Notes: generated by a model from the sequence alone, not told the origin. A stretch of 64,000 bases of DNA from Candidatus Cloacimonadales bacterium (GCA_963674825.1 OY771587.1:512001-576000), one strand, 5' to 3'. Shown: positions 18,270 through 27,443, counted from the stretch's first letter. Program-made: numbers and translations.

Positions 18270-19556
18270 CTACCGCATACTCTCCAGCGAACGATCCGAC
18301 ATCATCTGCTTCTTCAACTTCTTATCGCGAACATTCTCTTCCAGAGGCGGCAGTAACCCGAAATTAGCATTCATTGGCTGGAAATCTTTCACAGGTGTGA
18401 CAATATGCCGTTGCAACTGCCCCAGTATCGTAACATCGGGAAACAACCTGTATTCACCCGCAACACTCAGGGCTGCCAGCAATCCCCCCATGATCGATTC
18501 GATATACCCTTCCACCCCGGCAAGCTGTCCTGCCAGGTAAACGCCCGGCGCTTTCTTCAGGGAGAGGTCTTCGTTCAGGATTTCAGGCGATTTCAGGTAA
18601 GTATTGCGATGAATAGAGCCATAGCGCAAGAATTCCGCGTTCTGTAGTCCCGGGATCAAGCGAAAAATCCTTTTCTGCTCGGGATAACGCAACATCGTTT
18701 GGCACCCGACGAGGTTGTACGCGGTTCGCTCTTCGTTCTCGGCACGAAGCTGAATCGCGCCCCAGGGCCTTCTGCCAGTGCGCGGATTCTCAAGTCCCAC
18801 AGGCCGCATGACCCCAAATCTAAGGGTGTTCTCGTCACGCGAGGCAAGCTCTTCGATCGGCACGCAATTCTCGTAGAATCTGTAGCCAATCTCCTGAAAC
18901 CACTTCGTCTCGAATTCGTGCGCTTCGTGCTTTTCACCTTCTAGCAGCGCTTCGACAAATAGTCTGTATTGCTCCTTGTCGAACGGGCAGTTGATGTAGT
19001 CGTCATCGCCCTTGTCGTAGCGAGACTTGCTGTAGCAGATATCCATATCGATCGAATCAGCTGCAACGATAGGCGCGATTGCATCGAAGAAATAGAGCTG
19101 CTCCTCGCCAATCAGTGTCAGGAGCGAAGTCACCAGCGCTTCGGAGGTTAGCGGCCCGGATGCGATAATCGCCGGAGCTTGCGGAATGGTTTCGATCTCT
19201 TCCCGTATCAGCTCGATATTGGGATGCGCCTGGATGCGGTCGAGAACAGCCTGGGCAAACTGGATGCGATTGATCGCCAGCGCGTTTCCTGCCGGAACGC
19301 TATGCTGCTCGGCCATCTCGAGGAGGCGGCAATCGAGCTTCCGCAATTCAGCTTTGAGAAGTCCGGACGCGGTGGTGATGAGGTTGGATTTCAGCGAATT
19401 GCTGCAAACCAGTTCGGCGGGTAGATCGGTCTCGTGCGCCGGGGTCATCCGGTGGGGGCGCATCTCGTAAAGCCGCACATTCCAGCCACGGTCTGCAAGC
19501 TGAAACGCCGCTTCACAACCGGCCAGACCAGCTCCAACGATCGTGATTTCTTTCAT
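18270..19556 (-). CDS. trmFO: Methylenetetrahydrofolate--tRNA-(uracil-5-)-methyltransferase
   Basis: 'GAGLAGCEAA', 'LYEMRP', 'AELVCSNS', 'YFFDAIAP', 'IPGLQNAEFLRYGSIHRNTY', 'GVEGYIES', 'FQPMNANFGL'. Confidence 0.95.
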   Translation of the reverse strand: MKEITIVGAGLAGCEAAFQLADRGWNVRLYEMRPHRMTPAHETDLPAELVCSNSLKSNLITTASGLLKAELRKLDCRLLEMAEQHSVPAGNALAINRIQFAQAVLDRIQAHPNIELIREEIETIPQAPAIIASGPLTSEALVTSLLTLIGEEQLYFFDAIAPIVAADSIDMDICYSKSRYDKGDDDYINCPFDKEQYRLFVEALLEGEKHEAHEFETKWFQEIGYRFYENCVPIEELASRDENTLRFGVMRPVGLENPRTGRRPWGAIQLRAENEERTAYNLVGCQTMLRYPEQKRIFRLIPGLQNAEFLRYGSIHRNTYLKSPEILNEDLSLKKAPGVYLAGQLAGVEGYIESIMGGLLAALSVAGEYRLFPDVTILGQLQRHIVTPVKDFQPMNANFGLLPPLEENVRDKKLKKQMMSDRSLESMR

Positions 19557-19628
19557 GAAAACTCCTGCTGTATGATTCGATTCTTGACACCAAAAGCAAA
19601 GGTTGAATCTTGGTGAAACGAGGTCAAC

Positions 19629-20603
19629 ATGAAAAAGCGAATTCTGATTATAACGACAGGCGGAACCATCGCCATGAAGTTCGAAGAGGACAAGGGCGTA
19701 GTGCCCGGTGCCGATCCCATCAGTTTTCTAAAATCGTTCCCTCAGCTGCTTCACGCTGCCGAGATCGAAGTTTTTGAATTTGCCAACATCCCCAGTCCCT
19801 ACATGACACCAGCAAAGATGTTCGAACTGGCACGACTGGTCGATGTAAAAATCGTCGATTACGACGGAATTGTGATTACGCACGGTACCGACACGCTGGA
19901 GGAAACCTCTTACATGCTCGATCTGGTGCTGACATCCCGGAAGCCGGTCGTTTTCACCGCAGCTATGCGCAGTGGCACTGACCTCGGCTTGGACGGCCCA
20001 CGCAATATCGTCGGCGCAGTTCGGGTTGCAGGAAGTGAAGAATCGATCGATAAAGGCGTGCTGGTAGTGATGAACGACGAGATTCACGCCGCACGCGATA
20101 TCGTCAAAGCCAACACCGGCAAGGTCGAATCTTTTATTTCCAAGGACTACGGCATCCTCGGCATCGTAGATCCAGACAAGATCGTTTACCACCGGCAGAT
20201 GATCCGGCGAGATTCCGTATGGACCGATGAAATCGAGACCAATATCGACATGATCCGCGCCTGTGCTGGCATGGACGGGCGCTTTGTCGAACGCTCTATT
20301 GACTGCGGCGCAAAAGCGATCGTCATCGAGGCATTTGGACGAGGAAACCTTCCACTTGAGATGCTTCCGTCAATCGAAAGCGCTATCTCGAAAAACATCC
20401 TGATCGTAATTGTGTCTCGCTCTTATTCCGGGCGCGTGCTTCCTGAATATGGGTACGACGGTGGTGGTATGCATCTGGAACGAATGGGCGCAGTTCTGGG
20501 TGGTGACTTCAGAGGCCACAAGGCGCGTATCAAACTGATGGCGCTCTTTGGAAAGTACAAAGATGCCGAGTTGGTCAAAAAGTTCTTCGTGAATTCGCTT
20601 TAG
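19629..20603 (+). CDS. L-asparaginase
   Basis: 'TTGGTIAM', 'GIVITHGTDTLEET', 'KPVVFTAAMR', 'IHAARDIVKANT'. Confidence 0.93.
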   Translation: MKKRILIITTGGTIAMKFEEDKGVVPGADPISFLKSFPQLLHAAEIEVFEFANIPSPYMTPAKMFELARLVDVKIVDYDGIVITHGTDTLEETSYMLDLVLTSRKPVVFTAAMRSGTDLGLDGPRNIVGAVRVAGSEESIDKGVLVVMNDEIHAARDIVKANTGKVESFISKDYGILGIVDPDKIVYHRQMIRRDSVWTDEIETNIDMIRACAGMDGRFVERSIDCGAKAIVIEAFGRGNLPLEMLPSIESAISKNILIVIVSRSYSGRVLPEYGYDGGGMHLERMGAVLGGDFRGHKARIKLMALFGKYKDAELVKKFFVNSL

Positions 20604-20640
20604 AAAAGCAGGTAATGATTCGGCGATCTGCCAGGAAACA

Positions 20641-21756
20641 TCACTTCATGGAACGAATCGCATCTTCGTATATTTCAAGAAGTTTATTCGTGCGAATAGC
20701 AGATGTCATGTTGTTCTGAACGAATTGCCAGGCATTTTGCGCCATACGAGCCGACTCCGATGGATTTTCGCGTATCCTCTTCATACTGGCGACAATCGCC
20801 TTGGGGTCGCGCATAGGAATTAACAAACCCGTTTCGCCATCGAATATCATCTCGCGGTTGCCGGCAACATCGGTAGATATTATCGGCAGCCTCATCGCGG
20901 CTGCTTCACGCACGGTACCCGTCAGGCCCTCTTCCGCAACGCCAGTGAAAACGAATGAATTGAATGCCGCATAATAATCCTGAGTATTCTGCCTGAATCC
21001 GGCAATAACAACGCTTGATCCCATCCGGTCTTTATACGGTTTTAGCTCGGGATTGTTTTCATCGACCCCTACCAGCATCAATTTATCATCCGTGTAATCT
21101 TTGCGATACTCCAGAAAACCTTCCATCATGTATTCAAAGCCTTTTCGAGGACCGGTATTACCAACAAAGCCCCAAACAAATGTCTCGGTAGAAATCCCAA
21201 ATTGTTCCCGAACATTACTCTTCAGATCCGGATAGAAAACGTTTGGATCAATCGAGCCATAAACCACTGTGATTTTATCTGGATTGATCCCGCCAGTCTT
21301 GACCATCACATCCTTCACCGCCTTCGAAACGGCAATGATACGCCTCACCCTGGGATAATGATATTTTCGCGAATTGAAGAAATCGAGAGCATTGGTCACA
21401 CCGCGGTTGGCGATAACGGGAATGCGGGTTCCCATTGTGGCAAGAATCGCATAGTCAGTGGCCCTACCTTTATGGGCATGGATGATTTCGATTTTATGTT
21501 CGCTAATGAATTTCCGCAAATGAGCCACGGTTCGCATGGTTCTGATGGCAAGGATCGGCTTCCTCAGGTCGTCGATCATAAAATCGATACCCTGATCGAG
21601 AAACCTCTCGCGATTCTCTCTCGAGCAGTCAGGCCCGATACCGCAAACCACGCTAACTTCATGACCCAGACGGTGAAGTTCGTTTGCCAGACGTACCATT
21701 TGAATTGTGCCACCACTTCGAAGTTTGTTTTGAGCTGATAGCTGCATTATTCTCAT
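20641..21756 (-). CDS. Glycosyltransferase family 4
   Basis: 'GG..QMVRLANELHRLGHEV', 'IIHAH', 'IIAVS', 'EGLTGTVREAAAMRLPIISTDVAGNREMI'. Confidence 0.9.
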   Translation of the reverse strand: MRIMQLSAQNKLRSGGTIQMVRLANELHRLGHEVSVVCGIGPDCSRENRERFLDQGIDFMIDDLRKPILAIRTMRTVAHLRKFISEHKIEIIHAHKGRATDYAILATMGTRIPVIANRGVTNALDFFNSRKYHYPRVRRIIAVSKAVKDVMVKTGGINPDKITVVYGSIDPNVFYPDLKSNVREQFGISTETFVWGFVGNTGPRKGFEYMMEGFLEYRKDYTDDKLMLVGVDENNPELKPYKDRMGSSVVIAGFRQNTQDYYAAFNSFVFTGVAEEGLTGTVREAAAMRLPIISTDVAGNREMIFDGETGLLIPMRDPKAIVASMKRIRENPSESARMAQNAWQFVQNNMTSAIRTNKLLEIYEDAIRSMK

Positions 21757-21814
21757 TGAACATCCCCCTGTTCACTGATATGCGAATATAACTCAGAAAT
21801 TCATTTTCGTTACA

Positions 21815-21854
21815 TAAAAAACCGGTATTGAAAGCCAAAGCCTCAATACCGGTA
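21815..21854 (-). terminator. Terminator after the OmpR-family regulator
   Basis: ACCGGTATTGA/TCAATACCGGT inverted repeat followed by TTTTT on the minus strand. Confidence 0.8.
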
Positions 21855-21882
21855 TCTATACAGTTGTTGTTTGATTTTCCCT

Positions 21883-22554
21883 TTATTCGTCCTTCATGAT
21901 ATAGCCTTTTCCACGCACCGTGTAGATGAGCTTCTTGCTGAAACCGCGATCCATCTTGTTACGCAGGTGGTGGATATAGACATTAACGACGTTGGTTACT
22001 GGGTCGTAGCTCATGTCCCAGACATTCTCCACGATTTCCAGTTCGGAGACCACGCGGCCCTTGTTGCGCATGAGGAATTCGAGCAACGCGTATTCTTTGC
22101 CTGTCAACTGAACGACTTTACCCGCGCGATTCACCCTGCGGCTGAGGAGATCGAATTCAAGATCGGCTACTCTGAGCACGATTCCCTTGTATTCATTGTC
22201 ACGGCGAAGCAGTGCGCGTATACGTGCGATCAATTCGCTGAACGAGAAAGGTTTGCAGAGATAGTCGTCAGCTCCAGCATCAAGACCTTTGATCTTGTCT
22301 TCGATCGTGTCTTTACCCGTGAGCATAATAACGGGTGTCAGGATTCCCTGTTTGCGCATGGTCCGGCAAACTTCCACGCCATCCTTTCCTGGAATCATGA
22401 TATCCATTACGACTAAATCGTATGTGCTTTTCGAAATTTTATCAATGGCCTCATTGCCATTTGCTGTAACTTCCACCACGAAGGACTCTTCCTCAAGACC
22501 CTTCTTGATGAACGCTGCAACCTTTTGTTCGTCTTCAACCAGTAGTATTCGCAT
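21883..22554 (-). CDS. OmpR/CusR-family response regulator (no adjacent kinase)
   Basis: 'MRILLVED', 'MDIMIPG', 'GLDAGADDYLCKPF', winged-helix 'TNVVNVYIHHLRNK...TVRGKGY'; GGAGGT RBS precedes the ATG at 22554. Confidence 0.92.
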   Translation of the reverse strand: MRILLVEDEQKVAAFIKKGLEEESFVVEVTANGNEAIDKISKSTYDLVVMDIMIPGKDGVEVCRTMRKQGILTPVIMLTGKDTIEDKIKGLDAGADDYLCKPFSFSELIARIRALLRRDNEYKGIVLRVADLEFDLLSRRVNRAGKVVQLTGKEYALLEFLMRNKGRVVSELEIVENVWDMSYDPVTNVVNVYIHHLRNKMDRGFSKKLIYTVRGKGYIMKDE

Positions 22555-22641
22555 ACTGCGTACCTCCATTTAATCTAAAACCAAAACTCACTTGCATGAT
22601 TCTAGTTAAGACACTCTATCTTTTTTTTATCATAGATATAT

Positions 22642-22668
22642 TAAACCGTCGCGCCAAATTGCCGATAA
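22642..22668 (+). promoter_or_regulatory. sigma28 (FliA/SigD)-type promoter
   Basis: TAAA (22642-22645), exactly 15 nt, then GCCGATAA (22661-22668): the canonical consensus. Confidence 0.8.
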
Positions 22669-22687
22669 AAAAATGTATATTTTTTCG

Positions 22688-22714
22688 CATGGATGCAAAA
22701 TTGATTCAGGGAGG
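22688..22714 (+). promoter_or_regulatory. Two putative CsrA/RsmA-binding sites in the mRNA leader
   Basis: CATGGATG within the hairpin TTTTCGCA-TGGA-TGCAAAA, and CAGGGAGG overlapping the SD; both fit CANGGANG. Confidence 0.55.
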
Positions 22715-22719
22715 AAGAA

Positions 22720-22860
22720 ATGAGCATTCGCAATGAATCACGTCAAACCGTGTCACTGAGCATCGATTCGATCGAAAAACTGGCCGGTCTGACGCACAAT
22801 CAGATTATCGAGCATCGCACAGACGCGATTATCGCACAGGTAGCACAGATACCTGCATAA
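22720..22860 (+). CDS. 46-aa mini-protein resembling the flagellin C-terminal D0 helix
   Basis: MSIRNESRQTVSLSIDSIEKLAGLTHNQIIEHRTDAIIAQVAQIPA*; SD GGGAGG; aligns without gaps to the typical flagellin tail EMAxFTxNQILQQAGTAMLAQANQLP. Confidence 0.7.
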   Translation: MSIRNESRQTVSLSIDSIEKLAGLTHNQIIEHRTDAIIAQVAQIPA

Positions 22861-22905
22861 TTCGTCAACGCTTTGTTTCGAAAACGTCTTCCTTTGACGT
22901 TTATG

Positions 22906-22941
22906 AAAATGCCGCTCTGGAAACCCTGAGCGGCATTTTTT
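22906..22941. terminator. Bidirectional terminator between the mini-gene and the ABC exporter operon
   Basis: AAAATGCCGCTC...GAGCGGCATTTTTT. Confidence 0.88.
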
Positions 22942-23024
22942 ATCATCTGAGAGGCTCGCTTGTCTTAGAATTCGATCCCTCTCTATTCTCTATTCATTGT
23001 TCACTGTACTTCGTAAATTATCCC

Positions 23025-24836
23025 TTATCCTGTTAGCAACGCTTTTTCGTTCTCCTCCAAGAACTGGTTCGTGTAGAGCTTGTAGTAATAGCCCTGCAAG
23101 CGAATCAGGTCGTGATGTGTTCCCTCTTCGATGATCTCGCCATTGTTAATTACCAATATCCTGTCGGCTGAACGAATCGTCGAAAGCCTGTGCGCGATGA
23201 GGAAGCTCGTCCTCCCTACCAACAGCTTATCGATAGCGTCCTGGATAAGGTGCTCAGTTTCGGTATCGATCGAGGAAGTCGCCTCGTCGAGGATAAAGAT
23301 CTGCGGATCGGATATAATCGCGCGCGCAAAAGAAAGCATCTGCTTCTCGCCGGTGGAGAGCATGTTACCGCCTTCGCCCACGCTCGTATCGAGTCCCTTC
23401 TCCATGCGAGCGATGAGCCTGTCGGCATTGACCATTTTCAGTGCTTGCATGATCTCTTCGTCGGTCGCGTCCAACTTCCCATAGCGGATGTTGTCACGGA
23501 TTGTGCCATTGAAGAGGTGCGGTGTCTGAAGCACCACGCCGATGTTCGACTGCAATTTCTCCAGGGGGATATCGTGGCTATCGACGTCATCGAACCGGAT
23601 GTTTCCCGATTGCGGCTGATAAAACCTGCAAAGCAGATTTACGAGCGTTGTTTTGCCGGAACCGGTCTCCCCCACCAACGCGATCTTTTCGCCGGCGCGG
23701 ATGGTGAGATCGAAATCATTGAACACGGTCTCGCCTTCCTTGTAGGAAAAGTTCACTTTATCGAAGCTAATCTCCTTTTCGATGCGGAATGGCTTGTTAC
23801 CCCAGCTCTTGATACGCTCTTCGTCGTCTTTGATCTCAACTTCTGTGTCCAGGAGTGAGAAGACGCGTTCTGCTGAGGCTTGCGCGTTCTGCATCTCCGC
23901 GAAGATTCGAGCGATTTGCCAAACCGGCTCGAAGAACTGAACGATATAAGAGGTAAACGCCACCAGCGTACCGTAAGTCATCACTCCAGCGATGACCCCC
24001 GAACCACCGAACCACACAACGAGCCCCGAACCCAATGCGCTGATAAACAGCACGACCGGGAAGTAGATCGCCGAAAGAACCGCAGCCCGAACCGACGCTC
24101 CGTACATGGAGCCGCTCAGCGTCTGGAATTCCTTCAGATTCGCCTTCTCGCGCACCAGCGTCTTGGTCGTCTTGGCGCCGTTGATGCCTTCATTGAAAGC
24201 ACCTGTTATCTTCGAATTGATCTTGCGCACCTTACGATAGGAACCCAGGATCACCTTCTGGAATTTCAGGCTGACGATCACCAGAACCGGCACCACCGAA
24301 AGCGCGATGAGCGCCAGCTTCCAGTTGAGGATCAGCATCACGATCGATATACCGATCATGAGGGCTGTTCCCCACACCATATCGACAATACCCCAGGCGA
24401 TGGTCTCGCCGAGGCGTTCGCAGTCGGAAGTCAGGCGAGCCATGAGCCAGCCGACCGGCGTGCGGTCGAAGTATGTGAAAGAGAGCTGTTGCAGTTTATT
24501 GAATCCGTCCCTGCGGATATCGTAGATCATGTTCGTTTCCAGCTTTCCCGCGATCAGGATAAACAAGCAGATCACAAACCCGAAGAGGGTAACGATACCG
24601 AAGTATAGCGCAGCGAAACCCCAAATGCCATCGAGGTTCTTCGGGACAATGTAGTGATCGATCACGTATCGCGTGAACAGCGGAAACACCGTGTCCATGA
24701 GTGCTGTCAGCAACATGCAGGCGAGGAGTATCCCCACCAGCACCTTGTATTTCATCGCATAACGGAATACACGTACCCACAGCTTGAGGTCGAATCGCTT
24801 CGTGTAATCTTGTTCTTCGAATGCTGTATGTGCCAT
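23025..24836 (-). CDS. ABC exporter, fused permease/ATPase, subunit 2
   Basis: Membrane domain plus Walker A 'GETGSGKT', signature 'LSTGEKQ', Walker B 'FILDEATSSID', 'IAHRLST'. Confidence 0.95.
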   Translation of the reverse strand: MAHTAFEEQDYTKRFDLKLWVRVFRYAMKYKVLVGILLACMLLTALMDTVFPLFTRYVIDHYIVPKNLDGIWGFAALYFGIVTLFGFVICLFILIAGKLETNMIYDIRRDGFNKLQQLSFTYFDRTPVGWLMARLTSDCERLGETIAWGIVDMVWGTALMIGISIVMLILNWKLALIALSVVPVLVIVSLKFQKVILGSYRKVRKINSKITGAFNEGINGAKTTKTLVREKANLKEFQTLSGSMYGASVRAAVLSAIYFPVVLFISALGSGLVVWFGGSGVIAGVMTYGTLVAFTSYIVQFFEPVWQIARIFAEMQNAQASAERVFSLLDTEVEIKDDEERIKSWGNKPFRIEKEISFDKVNFSYKEGETVFNDFDLTIRAGEKIALVGETGSGKTTLVNLLCRFYQPQSGNIRFDDVDSHDIPLEKLQSNIGVVLQTPHLFNGTIRDNIRYGKLDATDEEIMQALKMVNADRLIARMEKGLDTSVGEGGNMLSTGEKQMLSFARAIISDPQIFILDEATSSIDTETEHLIQDAIDKLLVGRTSFLIAHRLSTIRSADRILVINNGEIIEEGTHHDLIRLQGYYYKLYTNQFLEENEKALLTG

Positions 24837-24925
24837 TTTAATTTCTCCATCTCTGTAACTACCATTTGTTATGCGTCTTATTCCTGTTCAGGCCGTCGAG
24901 TGTGTAAGGATAGTACAAGACGTCC

Positions 24926-26797
24926 TTACGCCGGTTTCGGCTCTTCTTTATCTTCCATGTCGGTACGTTCAGATAGTATATCAGTTTCATCATCCAATTC
25001 ATGATGAACATCCTTCTCCAGTGCGTTCTGGATATTCCATATCCGCTGATACAGACCTTCCTGTCCCACAAGATCCCGGTGCGTTCCTTTCTGGACGATC
25101 TTTCCTTCGTCCAGCACCAGAATCATATCCGCCTCCACCAGCGTGGTGATGCGGTGAGCGATGATGAAGGTCGTAACCTTGTTCTCTTTCTTCTTCAGAG
25201 CAGCGCGAATGCGTGAATCGGTCTCCGTATCGACTGCGCTAAGCGAATCGTCGAAGATCAACACCGGCGCGTTCATGATGATTGACCGCGCGATAGCCAC
25301 TCTCTGTTTCTGTCCACCGGAGAGGGTCACACCTTTCTCTCCGACAACGGTTTCATAGCCCTTGTCAAAACGCTCGATCACGTCATGGATCGATGCGACT
25401 TCGGTCGCCTGGGCTACATGCTCGAAGGTCGCTTCGGGCGTTCCCAGACGGATGTTCTCTTCCAGCGTGCGCGAGAAGAGGAAGGGCTCTTGCAGTACGA
25501 TCGCGATATTCTGCCTGAGGTATTCGCGGTCGATCTCGGTGATGTCATGCCCGTCCAGCTTGATCTTTCCTGACGTCGCATCGTAAAGCCGCGGGATGAG
25601 GCTTACCATGCTGGTCTTTCCAGACCCTGTCGGTCCCAGGATTGCCACGGTTTTGCCAGCTTCTACTGTGAAGCTGACATCCTGAAGGACCGGGTTTTTG
25701 CCGTCATAATCAAAGCAGACGTTCTCGAATTCGATTCGACCACGGATAGGCTCGGGCTTGATCCCGGTATTCTCGAGCGGTTCCTCCGGCTCGTCCAATA
25801 CCTCCTGGATACGCGTCACCGAGACGAACGTCTTGCCCATGTCGGTGAGGATGCGTCCCATCTGACGGATAGGCCACAGGAGCGAGTGGACGTAGCTCAC
25901 GAAAGCGACCAGCGTACCGATGGTTATCTCGCCATGAACGGCGCGGTATGATCCGATGATCATGATGACCAGCACCTGCAGGAAGCAGAGCGTGTCCGAG
26001 GATCCCCAGTAGAATCCCATCAGCCGGATGAACCGGTACCATTTATCGCGGTTGTCCAGATTCCTGGACGCGAATTTATCGATCTCGAACTGCTGCCGGT
26101 GAAACGCCTTCACCACGCGGATGCCGGAGAGATTCTCCTGGAGCATCGCCGACATGGCACCTTCGGCTTCATCAGCCAGCTTGAATTTCTTCTCGACCTT
26201 CATGAAAAAGATCACCGCGAAGGTGAAGATGATCGGGATCACCGACATCGACGCCAGCGTCATGCGCCAGTCGAGCGAGATCATGATCGGCAGCACCATC
26301 GCCAGCATGAATAGCGCGCGACCCACTTCCACAAACTGCATCGCCAGGAAGCGGCGGACGGTCTCGACGTCCGAGGAGCAGCGCTGAATCAGGTCACCCG
26401 TCTCCACCTTGACGTGGTAGGAGAAGGGAAGCCGCTGGATGTGATTATAGAGCCGGTCGCGAAGGTTTTTAGCTGTCGATTCCGCTGCTTCCGCCAGCCA
26501 TTTTCCTTTTACAAAGAAGAAGATGCCCTGCGAGGCGGTGATCAACACCAGGATGCTCGCTAGCCGCCACAGGTTTGTCTGTAATGTATCTCTTCCACCC
26601 AATGCGTTCAGGAATCGCTCGCTGAGGGTTCCGCTGGCGACATGCATATCGCCGATCACTGAGTCGATGGTGATCCGCATGACCAGCGGTGACAGGAACT
26701 GGAAGAATGCGGCAATAATAATCGCCACGACCGAAAGCAGATAGAGCGTTCGGTTGCCCTTCATATATCCCCATAAAATCATTAACTTTTTCTGCAT
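24926..26797 (-). CDS. ABC exporter, fused permease/ATPase, subunit 1 (degenerate Walker B)
   Basis: 'GPTGSGKT', 'LSGGQKQR', and 'LIFDDSLSAVD' (D for E, typical of heterodimeric exporters); start placed at MQKKL (26797) after GGAGA. Confidence 0.93.
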   Translation of the reverse strand: MQKKLMILWGYMKGNRTLYLLSVVAIIIAAFFQFLSPLVMRITIDSVIGDMHVASGTLSERFLNALGGRDTLQTNLWRLASILVLITASQGIFFFVKGKWLAEAAESTAKNLRDRLYNHIQRLPFSYHVKVETGDLIQRCSSDVETVRRFLAMQFVEVGRALFMLAMVLPIMISLDWRMTLASMSVIPIIFTFAVIFFMKVEKKFKLADEAEGAMSAMLQENLSGIRVVKAFHRQQFEIDKFASRNLDNRDKWYRFIRLMGFYWGSSDTLCFLQVLVIMIIGSYRAVHGEITIGTLVAFVSYVHSLLWPIRQMGRILTDMGKTFVSVTRIQEVLDEPEEPLENTGIKPEPIRGRIEFENVCFDYDGKNPVLQDVSFTVEAGKTVAILGPTGSGKTSMVSLIPRLYDATSGKIKLDGHDITEIDREYLRQNIAIVLQEPFLFSRTLEENIRLGTPEATFEHVAQATEVASIHDVIERFDKGYETVVGEKGVTLSGGQKQRVAIARSIIMNAPVLIFDDSLSAVDTETDSRIRAALKKKENKVTTFIIAHRITTLVEADMILVLDEGKIVQKGTHRDLVGQEGLYQRIWNIQNALEKDVHHELDDETDILSERTDMEDKEEPKPA

Positions 26798-26860
26798 AGT
26801 ACAATCTCCGGTAAAATCGTTTACTGTCTGTGTCCTGTCCTGTCTGAAGCGTCCGTAGCG

Positions 26861-26940
26861 AAAAAAAGCCACCGATCCGTTTGGACCCGTGGCTGGGCAA
26901 AAGAAAAGCCACGGACATTTTTCAGAACGTCCGTGGCTTT
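26861..26940 (-). terminator. Two tandem terminator hairpins in the ABC operon leader (attenuator)
   Basis: Minus strand: AAAGCCACGGAC...GTCCGTGGCTTTTCTTTT, then AGCCACGGGTCC-AAAC-GGATCGGTGGCTTTTTTT. Confidence 0.8.
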
Positions 26941-26955
26941 ATAATAATTTTAAAT

Positions 26956-27054
26956 TTATTTCATATTCACCAACGGACGCATTTCGCCCTGCGAATCGAA
27001 GATAACGACTGCATTATACTTGCGAATCGTCATCAGAATGATTAAACTGGACAT
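26956..27054 (-). CDS. Putative 32-aa leader peptide of the ABC exporter operon
   Basis: SD GGAGGT, then MSSLIILMTIRKYNAVVIFDSQGEMRPLVNMK*; ends 15 nt before the first terminator stem. Confidence 0.65.
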   Translation of the reverse strand: MSSLIILMTIRKYNAVVIFDSQGEMRPLVNMK

Positions 27055-27180
27055 CCATACCTCCGTTATTTTTATTTTGATCCTATCTTTCTCAGCCGTT
27101 CCATCCTGTCAATATGTTTTTATCGTTTCATATACACTTTTTTCTGAATGCAAAGAAAACCCAGTTCCCCCTCCTATATC

Positions 27181-27204
27181 GGGAATGCAGACATCCCCGT
27201 CCGT
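27181..27204 (+). repeat. REP-like palindrome, GCGGAC family, degenerate copy 5
   Basis: GGGAATGCAGACATCCCCGTCCGT. Confidence 0.55.
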
Positions 27205-27443
27205 AATTTATATATGAGCAAATGCGAACGGATTATCAACCGGTGACAGAAATGAAACGCTGGATGAGCAACTTGCTTCAGTCGAAGCATTTTCTCTGTT
27301 ACATAATGTTCGTATCACCGTTTCACTCGTAGTTGATCAAGCAATAACGGATTATGCCCCCCAAATATCCGAAAAAAAGCTTTACGTTGAAACCATGTTC
27401 GTACGTTATGACGTGGTTTATTGTATCGTATATCGGAGGTTTA

